64,000 nucleotides of DNA from Trichodelitschia bisporula. Its lineage: Eukaryota. The stretch lies in contig ML996688.1 in the NCBI GenBank assembly GCA_010356995.1, positions 1,178,001-1,242,000 on the forward strand, in the 5' to 3' direction. The notes beneath the pieces were generated by a model. It saw only the letters and a program-made list of their open reading frames with translations. It was not told the origin of the DNA and searched no databases. The translations under genes and the position numbers were made by a program. How positions within the stretch are numbered: position 1 is the first letter of the stretch; each line of letters opens with the position of its first letter. This document shows, in pieces, positions 24,003 to 35,628 of this stretch.

Positions 24003-24809
24003 ACGCGCCCACACCCGCCAGCCCGACAGCTCGGGACGGCCGACAGCGGAGGAACTTTTGCGCGCCGCGGTTCTGCAGGTGGTTGCGGCCTGTGGTTTGG
24101 AGGTGAGGTGAGGTGAGGTTGGCGCGTTGACAGGGGGTGGGATTTGACGTCAACGGCTGGAACGCGTGGGGCTTTTGCGCTTTTCTGGTTGTGGTTAGGG
24201 GGGTTCTTGCCGCTGGGTGCGGGGCATTTCGCGGGGTTGCTGGGGGACGCCCTAGCAATTGAAGGGGGCGCGGTTTACGAGTAATGGGGTTTCGTTTTAG
24301 TCTACACGACGTAGTTTTTTTTAGGTGTGTGATGAATTTATGAGGACGGTCCTTTTTTTTGTGAGCATTCTGCGCTTTTTGCATGATGGGTGAGGGTGAC
24401 TTACTTGTGCTTTGCCTGTGCCTTTGACAACTGATGAGATTTGAGGGCAGAGCGTTGAGTTCGTGGTTGCCTTTCATGAAGCGGTAGCTGAGATGTGTCG
24501 AAATGATGACTTCCTTGTAAGGTATTGAGAATTGAAGTTCGATCTATCGAATTCTTCCTTGGAATGGCCATTGAGAATGATAATATGAAATTTCGACACT
24601 GAGAGTGCCATGTCATCGTCAAACCTTCGAGTCCCTCTGCCCATGTCATTCAAACCCGCATCAAGTGCAAGCCAGATAGGTACAATTCACAAGGTACACA
24701 AAGCTTCAAAAAAACCAAACATATATTGCTCATGACGTACAAACTGTCCTCTGATGCCAAAAAAAAGCTCAAACCTCCAAATCAAGCCTCAAACCCCCAG
24801 TCCAGCCCC

Positions 24810-25586
24810 TCAGTTACACGACGGAAAATCGACATGCAAGCGCGTGGTAACCATCTCCAGCGGCACACTCGTATTCATAAAAACCCTCGAACACAGCTCC
24901 GTATGCTCAATACTCGCCAGATTCGCATCCATCCGCCACCCCCTCTGCCAAGCGCGATGCATCGCCTTCCAGCCGTACACACAGTGCGTCACGAAATACC
25001 GGCGCGTCGTCCAGCTCACGACCCCGGCTTCGGAAATCTCCTCCTCGGTCATCCGGCGCCCGCTGGGGTCCGGGGAGCTGTAGAATTCCCACGGCCCTTC
25101 GAGCATGAAGGACTCGTGCAGGTCGGCGTCGAAACATTCCTGCGCTTGCCACGCCATGCTCATGACGTCGAAGACGCAGCCTGCGGCGCGGGCGGAGGTG
25201 GCGGTTAGGCCGCAGGGGTGTTTGAAGGAGCGCTGGGCGCGAGGAGAGGGTTTGAGACTATTGACCTTGGCGCCGATTTGGCCGAGGAGGTCGACGGTGT
25301 GGAAGGTTAGGCCGAAGATGAGGCCGATGGTTGTGAGGAAGGTAAGGATGCCGAGGATTTTGATGCCGAAGACGACGCGTCGGGTGCGGGAGCTGCGGCG
25401 CGGGAGGGGGAGCTCCATGTCCATGTCTTCTTCGTCGGAGGGTTCTTTGCGGTGGAGGGGGGTGTAGGAGGGGGGGTTTGAGGGACTGGAGTCGGAAGAA
25501 GATTTGGAGGCCATGAGAGGGGTGTATGAGGGGCTTGAGAAGGTGGTCTTGGGGCGGAGGAAGGAGGGGAGTGTGAGGGTGGGCAT
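24810..25586 (-). CDS. UstYa/DUF3328-like protein B (single exon), paralog of A with degenerate HxxHC motifs
   Basis: TM IKILGILTFLTTIGLIFGLTF; CGLTATSARAAGCVFDVMSMAWQAQEC aligns with A; GPWEFY. The motif positions read FVTHC and HTELC. Confidence 0.7.
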   Translation of the reverse strand: MPTLTLPSFLRPKTTFSSPSYTPLMASKSSSDSSPSNPPSYTPLHRKEPSDEEDMDMELPLPRRSSRTRRVVFGIKILGILTFLTTIGLIFGLTFHTVDLLGQIGAKVNSLKPSPRAQRSFKHPCGLTATSARAAGCVFDVMSMAWQAQECFDADLHESFMLEGPWEFYSSPDPSGRRMTEEEISEAGVVSWTTRRYFVTHCVYGWKAMHRAWQRGWRMDANLASIEHTELCSRVFMNTSVPLEMVTTRLHVDFPSCN

Positions 25587-26412
25587 ATGTGCGGTTGCTC
25601 GGGGGGGTTTATGGGTCTGTTGTCATGGTGGGGGATACATATCTTTCGCCTCTATCTTTGCTCTGCTCCGCTCTGCTCCGCAGGATACGACTGCTCCTCG
25701 CGCGGATATCTCGGTGCTTGCAATATGCAGTACATGGCGCCCGGCCGTCAGCCGTGAAGCGCGAGATAGGAAGCATGAAGGAAGACGTATGGTGCAAATA
25801 TCGGCCTTGGCTGGGCTTCAACCGCCGGAATTCGATGCCAGCGCGTAGGGCCGGATGGTGAACTAGTGTGGGGTGTGGGATGGGAGCAGATTGGATGTTG
25901 TGGAGTGCTTTGCGGCGGCCCGTTGGGCGGGGCGGGAGGGGCGGGAAGGGCAAAGTTCCGGAGTTATGTGGCGCTACTCGTATTTGGTGGGGTGGGAGTG
26001 GGGGCGCGTTACCCGTAAGTGGGAGGTGGACGACAATTGCTCCGGAAATTCAGACCGCGAGTAGATTTGCATTCCCTTGCATCGCTAACGTCGTCGGGGG
26101 ATGCACGACGATATGCCCGTCCTTTTGGCGGATTGGATGATGATTGTGCGCTTGGCGGAGGTGCAGGCGATGTCGGGTTGGAGGCCGGGATGAGGTCGGG
26201 ATGATGGACATGGAAGGTTTTTTTTCGTGAGAGCTGCTCTTCTCTCTTGCTCCTCGAAGCTTTCTCCTTTCTGCTTCTTTGTCCTACAATCAAGGCTGAC
26301 GTGCTAGTTACAGTCCCTTTCAACCCACTTTACGCGCTCTCTACCCGTGATGCTCATTCCTCAGTCCCCACCATAGCCAACCTCTAGAGCGCAACCGGCT
26401 CCCATAGCGGCC

Positions 26413-28144
26413 ATGGCCCAAGCCTTCCGCTTTCCCCGCAGTCCCAAATCCCCCACTATCGTCCGCTCATCCTCTTGGAAAAGCCAGAGTCATGAACTCA
26501 GCAGTCCCTCCAGCTCGAGCAGCCCATTACCTACAATCGACGAGGAGCCGCGCCTCAGTGCTCTCCGCCTCATCGTCTTGACATGTAGCGTAGGCGGGTT
26601 CGTACCTCGTCCCTAGCTTCCGCTCCTCAGCTCACATTAGCAGTCTTCAACTCGTCTGGGCAACTATCATGTCCAATGGCACGGCACGTGCTCTCCTCCT
26701 CTCCATCTTTCCCCTGTATCATTATACTTTAGCTAACCCTACCAGCCCTTCCTCCTAACCCTCGGCCTCCCGGACTCCCTCACAGCATTCGTTTGGGTCG
26801 CCGCCCCCCTCTGCGGCGTCCTAGTCCAGCCCTCCGTCGGCATCCTCAGCGACGCATGCCAGCTGCGCTGGGGCCGGAGACGGCCATTCATCGCCGCCGG
26901 TGCCGCGGGCGTTGTAGTTAGCATGCTGGGACTGGCAAGCACACGCACCGTACTGCATACCGTACTCGGCGCTATGGGCGCCAACATCCACGGTGGTGGA
27001 GTGCGGACGGTTGTAATCCTGAGTGCGGTAGGGTGGTTGTGGCTGCTCAACTTCTTCATCCAGCCCCTGCAAGCCGGGATCCGCGCGCTGATCGTCGAGA
27101 ACTGTCCCGCGGCACAGCAGACACAGGCGTCCGCATGGGCGAGCCGTGTCACGGGGGTTGGGAACGTGGTCGGTTACTTTTTCGGGTATGTGCCTGTGGA
27201 CACGGTGTGGCCCGGCTTGGGCGTGAGCCAGTTTACGTGGTTGAGTCTTGTGGCGGCCGTGTGTCTTACCACCACGGTGGTAGTGACGTGCTTGTGTGTC
27301 CGGGAGCGGGATCCCAGGGAGCTTCCGCTGCCGCCGGGGGGTGGGAAGTCTCCGAGGGAGATGTGGAGGTATATTGTGTGGAGTGCGCGGACGATGCCAA
27401 GTGAGGTGAGGAGGGTGTGTATGGTGCAGTTTTTTGCGTGGATGGGGTGGTTTCCTTATTTGTTTTACATCACGAGGTAAGCCGGCCGATATCGGCATTG
27501 CACAAGTCGCTAACGCGCGCAGCTACATCGGCGACCTGTATGCCGCCCCCATCCTCGCTCGCCAGCCGCACATGTCCTCCACCAAACTGGCGGCCGTGAT
27601 AGAAGATGCAGTCCGGCTCGGCAGCCTCGGCAGTCTGATTTTCAGCCTCGTGGCCCTGGGCACTAACATCCTGCTCCCACGTCTCGTCTCCGACAAACCA
27701 GGCGCGCGACTATCTTTACCACGTGCCTGGGCCCTGTCCCACGCCATCTTCTCCCTCTGCATGTTCAGCACCCTACTAGTACACACCCGCCTCGGCGCAA
27801 CCCTCGTCGCCGCCGTCGTGGGCGTAGCCTGGGCCACCACGCTCTGGGTCCCCTTCAGCATCATCGGGTCCGCGATAGCAGAGCGACAAGCCCGAGGCGC
27901 CGCGGTGCTGCGTGACGGACAGCTCGGCCTTGAGCCGGCGGCGCAGGAGCAAGCGGGCGCGATCATGGGGCTGCACAACTGTGCGATTTCGGCGCCGCAG
28001 ATACTCGCCGCGCTGGTGAGTGGGGCTATCTTTTGGGCGGCGCCGAAGGTGGGGAGTGCGGATGGGATTGGGTGGGTGTTGAGGGGGGCGGGCGGGGCGG
28101 GACTGGTGGCAGCGTGGTTGGCTTGGGGGATGGATGAGAGTTGA
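26413..28144 (+). CDS. MFS/GPH sucrose-H+ symporter-like (SUT1/SLC45 family) transporter, multi-exon
   Basis: VWVAAPLCGVLVQPSVGILSD...WGRRRPFI, QAGIRALIVE, VQFFAWMGWFPYLFYIT, AGAIMGLHNCAISAPQI. Confidence 0.85.
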
Positions 28145-28852
28145 GGTGAGGTGGAGGGGAAGGAATGAAAGTGATATCTGCTGTCCCCCCGATGTTCGGC
28201 GGTTGCTCCGTGCAAGGCTGAGATTTACCTCTTGATGCCCGTTAGTCCCCGGCCCGGCTGTTCTGGCCCCTCGGTTATGGGCCGCACTAATGACACTTCC
28301 CGATGACCGAGTGTCGGCCCGACGGCGCGTTACGGGCTTGAATTAGCAAAATCGGCATCGTCGGCGCTACGTATCCCGTCATTATCCCGCCCCCACATTT
28401 TACTCTACAGCCCACAGTCACAACCACGCAGCACCTTATCCTCACTATCAAAAAGCCACGCTCAATCTCACGGAACCATTTCCGCAGTATAATAAACCCG
28501 CTCCGACCTCCGAGCCCCGGACCCCAGATACGGTACTTACCGTTGAAGCCCACAGCCCCGCAGTCCCCACTATCCCCAATCCGGCAGTCCTATCCTGCAC
28601 GCCTAGCCCTGCCCATTGCGGGCACCCAACGCGTTCCCCACTTCCGCCACGAGATAGAGATAGCGATAACAAGTGCGGGGGACGAATTACGCGCGACAAT
28701 GTGATCGAGGATGATGTGGGATCGATGATAAAAGCTGTCGCGGTCCGTGGTGCAGCTCGTGGATCCCAATTGCCCTGCGCGCCTTCGTCTCAACGCGTTT
28801 CGCTCCTTCCTCCTCGTTCACCTTACAATAAACTCCATTCCGCTCGACGATC

Positions 28853-31055
28853 ATGGCCGCGGTCGCTGACCGTCTGACGCAGGTTGCGGCGCACCTGCTC
28901 CCGCAACCACCGCACCCTCACGACCCGCTATCAGGAGCGGAGATCCGCAAAGCAGTCGAAATCGTCCGGTCCGCACACCCAGGCCTCTTCTTCAACGCCG
29001 TGACGCTATGGGAGCCGCGCAAAGCGGCGATGCAAGCCTGGCTCGCAGCCCCGAACACCGCGCCGCGACCGCACCGCGTAGCGGATGTTGTTGCCATTGG
29101 GCGGGGCAGCAAGGTGTACGATGGTGTTGTGGACCTCACGACCGGGGAGATTGTGTCGTGGGAGCTGACGGAGGGCGTGCAGCCGCTGATCACGATGGAG
29201 GATTTGCAGATTGTGGAGAGCGTGGTGAGGCGCGATCCGAAGGTCATTGAGCAGTGTGGGATCATTGGGATTTCGCCGGAGGATATGCACAAGGTGTATT
29301 GCGACCGTGGGTGCTCCCTCCCGTTCCCCCTTCGTGGTGCTAATGGCCGCAGCGTGGACAATCGGCTTCGACGACCGCTTCGGCAGCAACGTGCGCCTGC
29401 AGCAGGCACTCATGTACTACCGCCCGCACGTCGACGACAGCCAGTACACGTACCCGCTCGACTTCTGCCCGATCTACAACGCCGACACACAGGAGATTAT
29501 CCACATCGACGTGCCACCGGTGCGGCGACCGCTCAACAAGGCCCCGCCGAACAACTACCACGCGGCGGCGATCGAGGCCGAGGGCGGGTTCCGCACTGAT
29601 CTCAAGCCCATCCACATTACGCAGCCCGAGGGCGTGAGTTTCAGTGTCGAGGGCCGAGTGGTCAAGTGGGTGAACTGGAAGGTGCATGTTGGGTTTAATT
29701 ACCGCGAGGGTCTGGTGCTGAGCAATATCACGTTCAATGATAAGGGGGAGGAGAGGCCGGTGTTTTGGCGCTTGTCGCTTGCGGAGATGGTGGTGCCGTA
29801 TGGGAATCCGGAGCATCCGCATCAGCGGAAGCATGCGTTTGATTTGGGCGAGTATGGCGGGGGGTACATGACGAACAGTCTCAGCCTGGGGTGTGATTGC
29901 AAGGGCGCGATCCACTACATGGATGCGGATTTCGTGAACCGGGCGGGCGAGCCGCAGACGATCAAGAATGCTATCTGCATCCACGAGGAGGATTCGGGCA
30001 TCCTATTCAAGCACGTAAGTGTCTCCGCGTCCCTTCAGTCCGAAGCATATAGCCTAACATTCCCAGACCGATTTCCGCGACGAAACCGTCACAGTAACCC
30101 GCGGCCGCAAGCTCATCATCTCGCACATCTTCACAGCCGCCAACTACGAATACTGCGTCTACTGGATCCTCCACCTCGACGGCACAGTCCAGCTCGAAAT
30201 CAAGCTCACCGGCATCCTCAACACCTACGCCATGAACCCCGGCGAAGACACCAAAGGGTGGGGCACAGAAGTCTACCCCGGCGTCAATGCACACAACCAC
30301 CAGCACCTCTTCTGCCTGCGCGTCGACCCGCAAATCGACGGGCCGTCCAACTCCGTCTTCCAAGTCGATGCCGTGCCCAGCGCCGCCCCCGTCGGTAGCC
30401 CGGAGAATTACTACGGCAATGCCTTCTTCGCACAGAAGACGCGGCTGGAGACGGCGGGTGCGTCGGCCTGCCAGTACGACGGCAACACGAGCCGCAGCTG
30501 GGACATCGCCAACGAGGCGAAGATCAACCCCTACAGCAAGAAGCCCGTCAGCTACAAGCTGGTCAGCCGGGACGTGCCGCCGCTGCTGCCCAAGGAAGGC
30601 AGCCTGGTGTGGAAGCGCGCCGGGTTCGCGCGGGCCGCCGTGCACGTCACCAAATGTACGTTCCCTCCCCCTCCCCCAAAGTACCAAACTAACAACCCCC
30701 AGACGACGACTCCCAAATCCACCCTGCGGGCCGGCACGTCCCACAAACCAGCGGCGAACCCTCAATGGGTCTGCCCGCCTGGATCGCCGCGAACCCAGCC
30801 GCGAACATCGCGAACGAGGACATCGTCCTGTGGCACACGTTCGGGCTGACGCATTTCCCGGCGCCCGAGGACTTTCCCGTCATGCCGGCGGAGCCGATGA
30901 CGCTGCTGCTGCGGCCGCGGAACTTTTTCACGCGGAACCCGTGTCTGGATATTAAGCCTTCGTACTCGAGTTCGCCGAGTGGGGCGAAGGCGACCGGGGT
31001 TGTGGATCGGGAGAGTAAGTTGGCGTTTACGGATAAGGGGTGTGGGAAGTGCTAG
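28853..31055 (+). CDS. Copper amine oxidase (TPQ-dependent), probably peroxisomal, 4 exons
   Basis: HDPLS..EI; AFDLGEYGGG; LGCDCKG; TPQ consensus TAANYEY (about 30133-30153); HNHQHLF; THFPAPEDFPVMP. N-terminal RLTQVAAHL fits PTS2 (RL-x5-HL). Confidence 0.93.
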
Positions 31056-31142
31056 ACTTTTGGGTGCCAGTATATGGTTGATGGGGTGATGGATGGGTTT
31101 AGGTAAAATGTTTCGCGGTGCCTGTATTTTGCTGTATGTTGC

Positions 31143-31213
31143 TGTACGATTTGTATGACCTGTATGACCTGTATGACCTGTATGACCTGTATAACCTCTA
31201 TGACCTGTATGAT
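31143..31213 (+). repeat. 9-nt tandem repeat (TGTATGACC)n downstream of the amine oxidase
   Basis: About 7-8 slightly degenerate copies seen directly. Confidence 0.85.
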
Positions 31214-31436
31214 GCTGCTGTCTCGTCTTTAAGTCAGTCAAGGCAAAGGATATCAGTTCCAGGCAGGCGCATCCCGTTCAGTGCTCCTGTCGTTCACAGT
31301 TACTCGCACCCATCCTGCCCCGCTCCTCTACTCTTTCTCCAGCCACCCATCATTCGACTTAAAACTCGCGTTGCCTTCTGTCCAGTCTTCCACCTACCCA
31401 CTCACATCGCTACACACTCACATCAAATACACCATC

Positions 31437-31811
31437 ATGCCTGCACCCCCTACTATATTGGACCTATTCCAAGCTCTCGGAGCCATGACATTCCGGCCGA
31501 TCCCTTTCGACGGGATTCAAAACCGAGACGTGGAAGCCTACGTCCTGCAATGTCAGATCGCAGCGATGCCCGCGATGACCATGATCGCCCACAATACCTT
31601 TTTTCCCCAGGACAAACAACGCATAATGCTTGCGCAGGTCGAGGCTGTCACCCTGGCGAACCACCTGACAGGTGCAGCTAAAGAGTGGTACGACCGCCTG
31701 CCGGCAGGGACGAAACGCCGCTGCATAGAGCTTCTGAAGGCCATGAAGGCTGAGTTTTCTGGCCCGGAGGTGGGACACACTGGCTCCGAGGGTACTGCGA
31801 CGAATGGCTAG
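31437..31811 (+). mobile_element. Retrotransposon gag (capsid)-like short ORF or relic
   Basis: FDGIQNRDVEAYV...LANHLTGAAKEWYDRLP...ELLKAMKAEF resembles the Ty3/gypsy gag pattern F.G...DV / L.G.A..WY..L / L...F. No pol or LTR nearby. Confidence 0.55.
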
Positions 31812-32400
31812 AACTACTTGGTGGGTAGTGTGGTAGGTCATAGCGACAATCCGCAAGGACCAGCAGCTCCAACAAAGGGATGCCCGTAGGCACTCGCGAG
31901 TATGTCGAATACGGGGCGAAAAGGTGGGCAGATCAGCTTCATCCAACGACGCAAGCGGCATTTCAGGTACTGACATCTGTGCAGTTTCAGAAACCGTTGC
32001 AGCAGCTTCTGAGTAGTGTTTATGGTGGTGAGCAGCGATGAGGGTCTCGTTATCAGTTGTATGTTACCCAAATCATCGGTTCATTTGCCGGTTCGATGTC
32101 GGCGACTCCAACAGGTGTTCAACGAATGTGAGGCGAAGCGAAATCTGACAACCAGCAAAAGAAAGGCCCATCGCTCCGGATAACAAGTTGACTTTTAGTT
32201 CTAGAACGGAAGCCCTCCTGCCATACTGTTATAGAATTCATATTCACCGTTCCTCCCCTTGAAGTTGGTCATCGGAGGAGGTTATTCGGAAAAGAGTGAT
32301 CCCGGTCCTTCTATCCCCGCTTCAAACGACCATCGCGGGGTTACATCCAACCCCGCAGTAAGCAACAAGAATTCAAAGCGAAGTCTTCCCACACGTAAAC

Positions 32401-33643
32401 ATGGACGACGGAAAACCCTCCCCGGCTCTCTATCAACGCTGCACCGAGACAGCCCTCTACTTGCGCCAGGCTCTCCCACAAGAGCTACACAACCCCAAAA
32501 TCGCCATCGTGTGCGGCTCCGGCCTAGGAGGGCTTGTAGACGCGATAGACGAGTCGCCGCGCATCGAGACGGCCTATGCCAACATCCCCAATTTTCCCGT
32601 GAGCACTGGTACGTCCGCCGCGGGCATGCTCCGGGCTTAGATGAGAGTATTGAAGCCTTGAAACCGCAGTTCAGGGCCATGCGGGTAAAATGGTGTTTGG
32701 CACGATTGGGCCCGCGAAAACGCCTGTCGTTCTCCTCGTCGGACGCGCTCAGTAGGTTGCTTCGGTTACTAGTCGGTGTCTGGCTGCTTATGGCCAGCGT
32801 AGTTTCTATGAAGGCTACACAATGGAAATCGTCACCTTCGCGACCCGCGTGTGCAAACTGCTCGGTGTGGAAGCCATCCTTGGTGCGTCTATCTCACAGT
32901 GAGTGAAACGACCTGACCCGTCTCAGTCACCAATGCCGCCGGTGGCTTGAACCCGGACTATTCAGTCGGGGACATTGTGCTGCTCAACGACGTAAGGCTG
33001 CCGCTCTACCCGACCTCGTTCTAAACCTGCAGCATCTCAACCTCGCCGGGCTCGTCGGTATCAATCCCCTCCGCGGCCCCAACCATGGCGACTTCGGCGT
33101 GCGCTTCCCGCCCCTCTCCGACGCGTACGATCTTGAGTTCCGCCGGCTTGCGCACCGTGCGTGGAAGCGTCTTGGGCTCTCGGACGGTGGGCGGCGGATG
33201 TACGAGGGGACGTATGCGTTTGTTGCGGGGCCGAGGTAAGCCGGTGGACCTGTGTGGAATGGGACTGATGTCGTTAGCTACGAGACGCGCGCTGAGTGCC
33301 GCATGCTGCGCATGTTGGGGGCGGATGTCGTGGGCATGTCGTCGGTGCCGGAGATTGTCGTCGCGCGACACTCGGGGATCCGCGTGCTGGCTTTCAGCTT
33401 GGTTACCAATAAGGCTGTGCTGGAGTCAGTTGTGCAGGGCGACGATCCGCAGGTGCAGGATATGAGTCCTAAGGAGCTGGAGGAATTCCTTGCTCAGGGA
33501 AGGGCTAATCATGAGGAAGTATTGGAGGCTGGGAAGAGTGCGGCGGCGGATATGCTGGTATGTGCACTGCTCTCTTGTTTCGAGTGGTAGCTAACTTGGA
33601 GTAGCGGCTGGTTAAGACGATTCTCTCCGATCTGTATAGTTGA
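32401..33643 (+). CDS. PNP1: Purine nucleoside phosphorylase, multi-exon
   Basis: [40 protein letters not shown](S)[29 protein letters not shown]. Confidence 0.92.
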
Positions 33644-35628
33644 AAGACAGGGCATCTTGTGAGTTCAAGGTTAGTCGAAGAAGTATCAGACGAAGAAACT
33701 AGACTTCGTGCTCCATTAGAGTCACGAGCTGGATGGTGTGGAAGGAAGTTACCGAGAACAATCAGACAACACCACAGCTTTCTCGAGCTTTGCACTTGTG
33801 ACTATCCTCCGAACCTCCGGCCCCCAACAGTTGAGCTTGAGAGCCATGATCCGGGCATATGAGACAACAGACCATTAAGCCATGTATGGCACCAAGGCAT
33901 CATACTTATCATTTGAAGGAATATATCACTCTTAGGAAGGGACGTGTCAGTGGAAGTCGCACATGTAATGTACGCACGACTGGAGGCAGGCACATGTAGA
34001 AGGAAGGAAGGAGCATGGGAGAAAACTTGCCACATCGTGTACTTAGTATCGAGCGTCTCTTCACTCTTTCCTCTCCTAGTCTTTTACCGACCTTGCACTT
34101 CATATCATGGCCGTTGTACGCATCAAGCCGATACTTCCTTTAAGCCATACATGGAAGCTCTGCTGCAGGGAGCTTTGAAGCGATGTGTGCTCTGGGACCG
34201 TTGCATTGCTCTGTCGGAGAGCATTGCTTTGCGAGAAGTGGAAGTGGAGTAACTTTCTTCGAAGTAGATGGGTTGAAATCACGTTATCAGAAGCCTGTCG
34301 AGCGCGATGTACTCAAGTAAGGTACCACCCGATGGCCCCCAAGCTGACCGTACCGATTATCCGTCTCCAGTTAGACCGGACGGGCGTACCCGTGGAGGAG
34401 AGATAAGCGCAGAATATAAACAACCAGGAATAGAAGGAAGCTTCATCACGAGTCAAGTCCGAGTCCAGCCCGACGATCACGCTCATCCCAAAGCAGCAAC
34501 CCGAATCCGGCAATCCTCCCCAAGCGCGCCCGTCCTCCGCCCGCCCATCGGCCCGTATTCAACGCCAATCCCTCCCCGGAACGATATTCCAGCCCAATCC
34601 TACGTTCCTAAAAAGTCTAGAAGCTCGAGCTAGCCGATAAACCCCCCCCGCCGCCGCGCAAACCCCTCAGGGGTACACCAGCCCGCCCGCAGCACGGCAT
34701 CCCTGCACACATATCCCGGGTCCCGAACTTCATGCCATCTACATGAAACATCCACACCTGCCCACGGCCCTCACCACGCTCCCAACGCAAAGCTTGACCC
34801 CCACTTCACCGGCCCAGTAAGCAGCTATGCGTATCTTCTATCCGCATAACCGCGACCCCGTACCTGCGCCAGCACGTCTGACCCCGCACCCGGTCAGATA
34901 AGCGCCCTCATCTCCGGCCTGGTCCTCGGCCCGCACCCGTTATGCTCCTTCCCAACTCTAAACGCCAGCGGGGATTCCGAGCCCGCACAATGCGCGCAGA
35001 GCGAGTCACCGCCAGCACAGCCGCGGTGCCAAATTCAGAGCGGAGCACTCGGTGTGCTGAGTCAAACGGCGCAAATCATCGTGATCCGCCGCCCCGCATG
35101 CAACCTCCGCCGCCGCACCTTCTCCGCGCGTTCCAGAGCACGCGTGAGGACTCGCCTTGACCGCGCCGGCCAGTTTGCCAGATCCAGGGTCCAAGCAGAG
35201 CAGGGGAGCGCGGCCCGGCACCCTAAGCCGTTCACGCACCCGAGTCCTAGCCACTTGCCCTTCCCGGCGCCGCATCCCTGCGCATATCGCGGCGGCACGC
35301 GGGGCAACGGTCGCGCGTGGGCGGCGCGCGTGCGGAGGGCGCTGGCCTAACGTGCAAGCGGGAGTGGCGTGCTTTGCCCTGACATGGTGGCGTGCGGGTC
35401 GGGCTCGATGGGGAATGTGGAGGGGGTTGAGGGCGGAATGGGAAGCTGGGTGAGGGTGATCGGTGAAGAGGAAGGGTATTTTCGGTATGCGCTGCGGAGA
35501 GGGGGAGGGAGGAGGAGGAATACGCCTCAGCGTATATAACGGTCGCGTCTAACGCCTACATCGTCATCAAGCCAGTCCTCTCCAGCCTCATTCTTCAGTC
35601 CAGTCCAGCCTCCAGTCCTACCGCCACG

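Noticed and set aside
23042..24111. Long antisense and alternative-frame ORFs over the repeat array (GSRLSTRAKM..., DGVALV..., TSATPSS...)
   Set aside because: By-products of a stop-free repeat. Only the IFARVDKR frame keeps amino acids constant under third-position variation and connects to a signal peptide.
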